A stretch of DNA of 64,000 bases from a virus. This document shows, piece by piece, positions 57,963 through 64,000 of the stretch. Each line of letters starts with the position of its first letter. Position 1 is the stretch's first letter. Position numbers and translations under genes: made by a program. Location: positions 64,001 through 128,000 of IMG/VR virus record IMGVR_UViG_3300021964_000018; one strand, 5' to 3'. The notes under the pieces are model-generated. The model ran no database searches and was not told where the DNA came from. It saw only the letters and a program-made list of their open reading frames with translations.

Positions 57963-58522
57963 TTAAAATCTTAGATGAAGATAAAGCAGCTTTTATAAGG
58001 CTCGCTTTAGAAAATAAAATATATTTAGAAGGTCCTGTTTTAAAAATGATCGACACAGAGGATGATCAAGCATTTAAGATTTATCTTGCTGAAGCGATTG
58101 AAAATGATCAAAGTAATAGAAAAAAAAGATTAGCAATTACAAAGCAAATCCAGGCGCAAAATGCAGAGCTCCAGAAAAAAGCAGAAGAAAATGATAGTTT
58201 AATGGACGAGTTAAAAGATGCAGTGCAAAAAGCTGAAGACGCAAAAAAAGCTGCAATTAATGATTTAGATTTAGTTCAGAAGAAAACTCAGTTTGAATTA
58301 ATTGGTAATATTGTCAATGTTGCTTTATACACAATTATGGGCGTAGGTATTATTACAACTGGACTATACGCCGCGGCATTGTTTTGGGGGAATACTCAAG
58401 ATACAACGTTATTAGGAAATACCTGGAGTAATCTTTTTGGTATTTTGTTAACAAACTCTTTTAGTATTATTGGCACAATTATGGGTGTCAAATATGCCAG
58501 CGAAAAAGGTGAAGGAAAATGA
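57959..58522 (+). CDS. Coiled-coil plus two-TM membrane protein linked to the two-component system
   Basis: ATGA overlap; C-terminal hydrophobic helices. Confidence 0.6.
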   Translation: MIKILDEDKAAFIRLALENKIYLEGPVLKMIDTEDDQAFKIYLAEAIENDQSNRKKRLAITKQIQAQNAELQKKAEENDSLMDELKDAVQKAEDAKKAAINDLDLVQKKTQFELIGNIVNVALYTIMGVGIITTGLYAAALFWGNTQDTTLLGNTWSNLFGILLTNSFSIIGTIMGVKYASEKGEGK

Positions 58523-58707
58523 AAAAGCATTTAAAAGAAATTAACATGTCTTATTTTCAGCATATGAAATGCGCATTAGGCTATGCTAAAGAAAGTGGAA
58601 AAGCAATGATATATTTTTTTATTCACGCTTTCTTACCTGATATTTGGGTTGTAAAAGGCTCAAAAAAACTTAAAGAAATAAATAAGTCAATTGAGGATAG
58701 AAAATGA
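58519..58707 (+). CDS. Small DUF6356-like protein
   Basis: HL.E..MSYF.H...A.......IHA..P. Confidence 0.55.
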   Translation: MKKHLKEINMSYFQHMKCALGYAKESGKAMIYFFIHAFLPDIWVVKGSKKLKEINKSIEDRK

Positions 58708-59141
58708 AATTAACAAGAAACGGATTAAGAAGATTGATTTTAAAAGAATTTAAAGATGTAGCAGGTGGTAGCAACTATCGAATTGGAGGTGGCGGCTTTG
58801 GTTTGCCACCTGACGAACCTGACGACGGTGAAGGACCAGGAAAACCATTGACACCTTGTGAAAATTTTGACTCTAAATCACATAAAAAATCTCTTGAAAT
58901 AGTTCAATCATTATTTCAACAAGCATATGAATTAAGAGGTGAGTCAGATATATTTTTAAATCAATCTGGTTTTTTTAGCGAAGATCAGTTATTTTCAATT
59001 GACAAAGACGCAGAAATTTATTTGGAGTCTGATTTGGCTACGGAATTGTGTAAGGCTGGAAATACTTTAGAAAAAAGAATGGAAATACTAATTAGACTGA
59101 CTGATCCTAAAGCTTTATTTAGTATGCTTAACGACTATTAA
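58704..59141 (+). CDS. Hypothetical protein with MKLTR leader
   Basis: MKLTRNGLRRLILKEF. Confidence 0.6.
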   Translation: MKLTRNGLRRLILKEFKDVAGGSNYRIGGGGFGLPPDEPDDGEGPGKPLTPCENFDSKSHKKSLEIVQSLFQQAYELRGESDIFLNQSGFFSEDQLFSIDKDAEIYLESDLATELCKAGNTLEKRMEILIRLTDPKALFSMLNDY

Positions 59142-59187
59142 AAGTTTTAATTTTTATAGATATAATTAAAAACAAACAGGAGTTTAT

Positions 59188-60141
59188 ATGTTAGAAGAGT
59201 TGCGCCAAAAAATCAAAGACAAGGGCGGTTTTGTCAATGCCCATTCCCATTTAGATCGAGCCAATACGGCTCGTTTTTTTTCGAAAGAAGAACAGTATAA
59301 GTTCTTAGAAGAAAAATGGAAATTGGTAGATCGAATTAAAAAAGACAGCAATTACTGGTCTTACTATTCCCGTATCGATCAAGTCGTTTCTGATCAAATT
59401 GAAAAAGGTGTATCAACTATTTGTACATTCGTTGATGTTGATCCTATTACAACAAATAAGGCATATATTGCGGCACATGAAGTTGCAAGGGCTAGAAAAT
59501 TCGATGTTAATCTTTTGACTGCAATGCAAACACTAAAAGGTGTATTAGATCCAAGTTTAAAATCAATAGTTGACAATGCTGCTTTTTCTGTTAATATTAT
59601 AGGTTCTTTACCCGGTGCTGATCGAGGTAGAGAAGATGAACATATTGATTGGGTTATGAATGCAGCAAAGAAGTATGGAAAACGTGTACATGTGCATGTC
59701 GATCAATTAAACACTCCAAAAGAAAAAGAAACAGAATGGTTAGCAAGAAAAACAATTGAGCATGGACTAGAAGGACGGGTAACGGCAGTTCATTCAATTT
59801 CATTAGCATGTCATCCAATTGCATACAGAAAAGAAGTCTATAAAATCTGTCAGGATGCAGGATTAAGTTTTATTACTTGCCCCGGGGCTTGGATCGACCA
59901 CCAAAGAAGAGAAGACCTGGCACCGATTCATAATGCAATTACACCTGTTGATGAATTGCTTGAACATGATTTAGTAGTTGCTATTGGATCTGATAACATC
60001 TATGACGTTTATAAACCATTCGCTGACGGTGATATGATGTTTGAGTTACGATTGCTTCTTGAAGCTTGCAAAATTTACGACGTTAATGAGTTGGTTAAAA
60101 TTGCTACAATAAACGGAAAAAAAGTCCTAGGATTAAGATAA
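59188..60141 (+). CDS. Cytosine deaminase-like amidohydrolase
   Basis: GFVNAHSHLD, HVHVD, VTAVH, P..EL, GSDN..D...PF. Confidence 0.85.
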   Translation: MLEELRQKIKDKGGFVNAHSHLDRANTARFFSKEEQYKFLEEKWKLVDRIKKDSNYWSYYSRIDQVVSDQIEKGVSTICTFVDVDPITTNKAYIAAHEVARARKFDVNLLTAMQTLKGVLDPSLKSIVDNAAFSVNIIGSLPGADRGREDEHIDWVMNAAKKYGKRVHVHVDQLNTPKEKETEWLARKTIEHGLEGRVTAVHSISLACHPIAYRKEVYKICQDAGLSFITCPGAWIDHQRREDLAPIHNAITPVDELLEHDLVVAIGSDNIYDVYKPFADGDMMFELRLLLEACKIYDVNELVKIATINGKKVLGLR

Positions 60142-60162
60142 TTATCCTAGAGGGATAATTTT

Positions 60163-60642
60163 GTGAAGTTAACCAAGAAACATTTAAAGCGCCTGATTAA
60201 AGAAGCATATCAACAGCATGCTTTTATTGATGCATTACACGATAAGTTCTCAGTAGAAGATGTAACTCCTGCTGAAGAAGCACCATATCGAGGTTATTAT
60301 AAAATAACCAAACAGTTTAGAATATGCAAGGTTATTTTATTTTTTACGCAATATGATGACGGTCACATTTATATATCAGATCTTTCAACAGTAGATGTTT
60401 TTGGCAGACCTAACGAAAATTGCTTTAGAAAAGGATATGCGAAACATGTATTACAAGATTTTGTAAGTTTGGCCGATCAGTTTGATATTGACATGTCTTT
60501 AACTGCTGCATCACTGGACAAAGAAAGATTTCCAAATCCTGAACTGATTAAGTTTTATGAAAAGCACGGGTTCGGAGGTGGAAATCCAAATTCAGACTGG
60601 GTTGAAATGATAAGAGATAGAAAAAGTGAGAGATCTATATGA
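60163..60642 (+). CDS. GNAT acetyltransferase with MKLTK leader
   Basis: FRKGYA...L, LIKFYEKHGF. Confidence 0.7.
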   Translation: MKLTKKHLKRLIKEAYQQHAFIDALHDKFSVEDVTPAEEAPYRGYYKITKQFRICKVILFFTQYDDGHIYISDLSTVDVFGRPNENCFRKGYAKHVLQDFVSLADQFDIDMSLTAASLDKERFPNPELIKFYEKHGFGGGNPNSDWVEMIRDRKSERSI

Positions 60643-61532
60643 AACTAACCAGAACACATTTACAAAACTTACTTATTGAACAAGTCCTATTCTCTGAGGG
60701 ACTACGTTATCATATAGAGAACTCTATTCCTCTTTATGATTGTATATATAGGCCTGGCTCAAAAGGTTTCTTCAGCCTTATTTCTGAATCACGCAAGATG
60801 TACAATAGTGGCCTGTTGCGTGTGGATGAAGATGAATTAGATATGTTAAATTCTGACATGGGGAGATTTGCAAACTACGGAAACAGAGAGGTTGCATTAG
60901 ATTTTCCAATCAGTCAAGAAGCCGATGATATGATGATGTTAAATAGCCAAGGTTTTCATAAATCAGAAGAGATGATGACTCGAGTTTTTAATAATGAGTT
61001 TGGAAATGAAATTGAAGTTGAAGTTCGAGGCTCTCATTATAATGACTTTATGGACGGTGAAAAACCCTATGAAGGAGTTTTTATTAGAATAACCGGGCCA
61101 GATAGTGAATCAAGTCAAGTTATAACAAGAATGGAAGCAGAAACGCTATTAGAGCTTTTAAGCAACTATTTCAATGAAGAACCAGAAAGACTTGATGAAA
61201 AGAAAAGACGCAAAAGAAAGAAATCAAAAGCAAAGAAATCGGGAAGCTACTATAAAGGACGCAAAGTAAAATTAAATAAACCAAAGCGTAATTCAGGTTC
61301 AGGTGGTAAATTTGTTGTTTATGTTAGAAATCAAAAAACAGGAAATATAAAGCGGATTACATTTGGTGCCCGTGGTATGACAACCGGATTAAGAAATCCT
61401 GCGCGTCGTAAATCATTTGCTGCTCGTCATCGATGTGCACAGAAAAAAGATAAACTTGCACCAGGCTATTGGGCATGTCGAATAGGTCGATACCCAGCTG
61501 TTTCTGGCGCTCCTTATACAACATGGTGGTAG
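60639..61532 (+). CDS. Leader-bearing protein with basic, conserved phage C-terminal domain
   Basis: MKLTRTHLQNLLIE; KVKLNKP...KF.VYV...I.FG..G...P.RR.SF.ARH.C...K..PGYWAC. Confidence 0.6.
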   Translation: MKLTRTHLQNLLIEQVLFSEGLRYHIENSIPLYDCIYRPGSKGFFSLISESRKMYNSGLLRVDEDELDMLNSDMGRFANYGNREVALDFPISQEADDMMMLNSQGFHKSEEMMTRVFNNEFGNEIEVEVRGSHYNDFMDGEKPYEGVFIRITGPDSESSQVITRMEAETLLELLSNYFNEEPERLDEKKRRKRKKSKAKKSGSYYKGRKVKLNKPKRNSGSGGKFVVYVRNQKTGNIKRITFGARGMTTGLRNPARRKSFAARHRCAQKKDKLAPGYWACRIGRYPAVSGAPYTTWW

Positions 61533-61533
61533 T

Positions 61534-61905
61534 ATGAAAATAACAAAAAAACAATTAAGAAAAATAATACTTTTAGAAATGCAAAATGACAACCTAAATG
61601 ATCATAGTCGTCATTACCCAATAATAGCTCAGTTTTTACTTAGCCCTGATCATGAAACGTTTAAGCATGGGATTCTCCTAGGAGAATCATTAGAGTTGCT
61701 CGTAATAAGTGATGACCACCCAGGATACTATCATGATAGATCGTCTAGACATGTATACGAGCTTAGGATATGGTCTTCAGATTTTGCCCAATATCTTCAG
61801 CAAAACCATCCAGACGGTCCACAGCAGTCTGGTACTCAATACATTAATTATAAATTTCGTCCTGATATTAATTATTATAGCATGACAGTAAATATAGACA
61901 CATAA
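61534..61905 (+). CDS. Hypothetical protein with MKITK leader
   Basis: MKITKKQLRKIILLE. Confidence 0.6.
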   Translation: MKITKKQLRKIILLEMQNDNLNDHSRHYPIIAQFLLSPDHETFKHGILLGESLELLVISDDHPGYYHDRSSRHVYELRIWSSDFAQYLQQNHPDGPQQSGTQYINYKFRPDINYYSMTVNIDT

Positions 61906-61917
61906 TTTAGAAAAACA

Positions 61918-62418
61918 ATGAAATTAACAAGAAAAGCATTAAGAAAAATTATAAGTGAGTTTAGATTACCAGAAAAGATGTATACACCTAATATTACTTC
62001 TGGTGATGGGTTTCCTCCTCCAGTTGACAATCCTGGAAACGGTGATGGTCAAAATAAATGTCAAAACTTTGAAGAAGTTCATGACGCAATATCTTATTTG
62101 CATGGTGAATTAACAGAATATTTTATCAATATGCCTATTGCTGATTATGAACACCTTAACGTTTATGAATTTACAGATATACCTTTTGACATAGCAGCTA
62201 GAAATCACGGTATACAAGTTGCTAAAGAATTAATTGCTAAATGTGGTAGATATAATTCTAGTGTTATGGTATTAATGACAAATCCGAAAGTACTTTTAGG
62301 CGACGATCCAATACGTTCTTATAATCAAAACTTTCAAAACATGTCGAGGCAAGGAATTGAAAGAAATGAATTAAAACATACAATTTTAATACTTCGTCAA
62401 GCGATACGGATGGTATAA
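61918..62418 (+). CDS. Hypothetical protein with MKLTR leader
   Basis: MKLTRKALRKIISE; Gly/Pro linker plus C.NF shared with 58704..59141. Confidence 0.6.
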   Translation: MKLTRKALRKIISEFRLPEKMYTPNITSGDGFPPPVDNPGNGDGQNKCQNFEEVHDAISYLHGELTEYFINMPIADYEHLNVYEFTDIPFDIAARNHGIQVAKELIAKCGRYNSSVMVLMTNPKVLLGDDPIRSYNQNFQNMSRQGIERNELKHTILILRQAIRMV

Positions 62419-62419
62419 A

Positions 62420-63232
62420 ATGAAGTTAACAAGAAGACAACTTAGATATTTAATTAGCGAAGCGGTTTTTAAAGAATCAGCCGGTGCATCTCCACCTGTT
62501 GATTTCATGTATGATATGATTGATGTAGGATCACCAATGGTTAAGCAACTATTTAAATATGTTTTTCCTCACAAGAATAAATTAAGTTTTAAAATCGAAC
62601 AAGATGATTTCAATGTTAAAGTTTTTATGTATTATAACAATATACAAATAGGGTCGGTGAAATCTCGTCTTGCTAATCCAAGACACGGAAGACAAGATCC
62701 TAAATTCAACCCTAGAAAAGAAAAAATAAATTTATTTGAAATTAAATCAGCTTTTCTAAGTTTAGGAAAAGATGTTCCTGAATTATTTAAAGAAAAAGGT
62801 TTTGGTCCCATTTTGTATGAACTTTGTTTAGAAGTAGTTTCTGCGAAAGGTAAAGATTATTATTTAACTTGCGACAGATATTCACTTCAACCAGACGCAT
62901 ATAATGTCTGGGCTTTTTATTATCACAATAGAAGAAACGATGTAGAGCAAAAACAACTAGACAATTCTTTTCTTCCAAGTCAATATAGCATAACAGACAA
63001 TCCTAATTTAAGATATCCTGGTTTTACCTCAGAAGATTTTTATGATGCATTCACAGAAAAAACAATTTTCCCACAAGGAGCTGACGAGGACGAGGACGAA
63101 ACAATTGGAGATTATATGGAGTATGCAAAAAAGAAAGATCCGTTAATGAAAGCATATCGAAAAGATGACGCGCCGTTTTTGACTATGCTAAAACTATATG
63201 GTGTCAAAGTAGAAGAAATTAATTTAACATGA
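62420..63232 (+). CDS. GNAT-like protein with MKLTR leader
   Basis: KGFGPILYE..LE...LT.DR.S...A..VW. Confidence 0.55.
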   Translation: MKLTRRQLRYLISEAVFKESAGASPPVDFMYDMIDVGSPMVKQLFKYVFPHKNKLSFKIEQDDFNVKVFMYYNNIQIGSVKSRLANPRHGRQDPKFNPRKEKINLFEIKSAFLSLGKDVPELFKEKGFGPILYELCLEVVSAKGKDYYLTCDRYSLQPDAYNVWAFYYHNRRNDVEQKQLDNSFLPSQYSITDNPNLRYPGFTSEDFYDAFTEKTIFPQGADEDEDETIGDYMEYAKKKDPLMKAYRKDDAPFLTMLKLYGVKVEEINLT

Positions 63233-63489
63233 ACCCGTACAAAGAAATACAGCAAGGTGAAATAACAATTCGAACATTTAAAAAAGATGTGGAAGATAAT
63301 GAGTTAGTGTGGCATAGAGACAGAGAAGATCGAGAAGTTAAAGTAGTTAAAGGTAGTGGGTGGCAATTTCAAAGAGAGGATCACTTGCCTATTTTACTTA
63401 AAGAAGGCGATGTTATACAAATAAAAAAAGAAGAATGGCATCGAATAATTAAAGGAAGAACAGATTTGATTGTAGAGGTAAGAGAATGA
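63229..63489 (+). CDS. Small cupin-fold protein
   Basis: LVWHRD.EDR...V.G.G...L..GD.I.I....WHR. Confidence 0.65.
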   Translation: MNPYKEIQQGEITIRTFKKDVEDNELVWHRDREDREVKVVKGSGWQFQREDHLPILLKEGDVIQIKKEEWHRIIKGRTDLIVEVRE

Positions 63490-64000
63490 AAATTACAAAT
63501 AAAAAAATTAAAAAATTAATTAAAGAATCGATCGAAAATATTTTATTTGAAGAATACAAAGGAATAATCGGAGGGGAGCTTAAAAAAGATCCGGAAACAG
63601 GAAAGTGGATTAGCGACAGAGATGAAGATGAATCAGGTGAACCAATAGTTTTTGATTCAGATGAAAGAAATCAGTTGTCTGCAGCATTTAGTGATGAAGA
63701 ATTTGTATCAAAAATACCTGATGAAAGAACTAGAAAGGCTATCGGGCCCGTACCTAAAGCCCCCGCTGCTAAGCAGAAAAAAACAGGTGCCAGACTATTT
63801 AAAGGAAAAAAGTTTAAAGATGCAAGATGGATGTGGGGTGAAAAAGCATTCCCAGGATCCAACGTATATTTAATTCCAGTTTTAGGTGGATCAAGAGAAG
63901 CAGCAAAATTAATGTTCGGAACAGATCCAAGTAAAAGAATAGGAGCTGATTCAATTGAATTTAGTAGGGCTGATCTAGTATATTCTGATAGTGAAAATAA
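63486..64000 (+). CDS. Hypothetical protein with MKIT leader (3'-truncated)
   Basis: ATG 63486 reads MKITNKKIKKLIKESIENILFEE; missing from the ORF track because it runs off the window. Confidence 0.6.
   Translation, partial: MKITNKKIKKLIKESIENILFEEYKGIIGGELKKDPETGKWISDRDEDESGEPIVFDSDERNQLSAAFSDEEFVSKIPDERTRKAIGPVPKAPAAKQKKTGARLFKGKKFKDARWMWGEKAFPGSNVYLIPVLGGSREAAKLMFGTDPSKRIGADSIEFSRADLVYSDSEN

Noticed and set aside
3985-63873. Many short antisense or nested ORFs in the track (e.g. 36978..37463, 41414..41833, 52963..53391, 63652..63873)
   Set aside because: They are shadows of longer, motif-supported genes and lack SD sequences or recognisable motifs.
1-64000. CRISPR array or tRNA genes
   Set aside because: No regularly spaced repeats were seen; the only TTCGA T-arm with a CCA end belongs to the tmRNA. 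A manual read could miss a divergent tRNA.
1-64000. Stop-codon reassignment (alternative genetic code)
   Set aside because: Recognisable enzymes are full length in the standard code, and TAA, TAG and TGA all end genes at sensible boundaries.
1-64000. Cellular (bacterial chromosome) origin
   Set aside because: dnaE, groEL, sigma and ssrA lack their usual bacterial neighbours and are interspersed with virion-like and orphan ORFs on one strand. Not formally excluded, since capsid and terminase genes are outside the window.

Overview
An AT-rich, densely packed 64 kb segment, almost entirely + strand, read in the standard code. It is best explained as part of a large (jumbo-type) tailed phage genome; no capsid, terminase or portal gene lies in the window, so this is inferred from gene content. 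Contents: (1) repeat-rich Ser/Gly/Thr virion fibre-type proteins (1-9.4 kb, 48.4-53.2 kb); (2) base-excision repair genes (pyrimidine-dimer glycosylase, zincless Fpg/Nei); (3) a large nucleotide/sugar module around a DnaE polymerase, suggesting a DNA base-modification pathway: two MazG-like pyrophosphatases, HAD nucleotidase, atypical ThyX, deoxyribosyltransferase, two NDP-sugar epimerases, methyltransferase, dNMP kinase fused to a thymidylate-synthase-like domain, dUTPase and dCMP deaminase; (4) chaperones (GroEL, Hsp20, J-domain), SOD, a tmRNA and a two-component system; (5) a sigma70-type factor whose region 4.2 helix-turn-helix seems to be encoded by a separate in-frame ORF, together with a recurring TGTAMA-N16-TAWAAT promoter; (6) about 15 otherwise unrelated ORFs sharing an N-terminal MK(L/I)(T/N)(R/K)xxL(R/K)xLIxE leader, a candidate capsid-targeting or cargo-loading signal; (7) RBS-sequestering hairpins with a candidate late promoter in the loop; (8) a CglF/GltF-like protein and a VWA lipoprotein pointing to a Myxococcota/Bdellovibrionota-type host. 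All family calls come from motif recognition by eye; no database searches were run.
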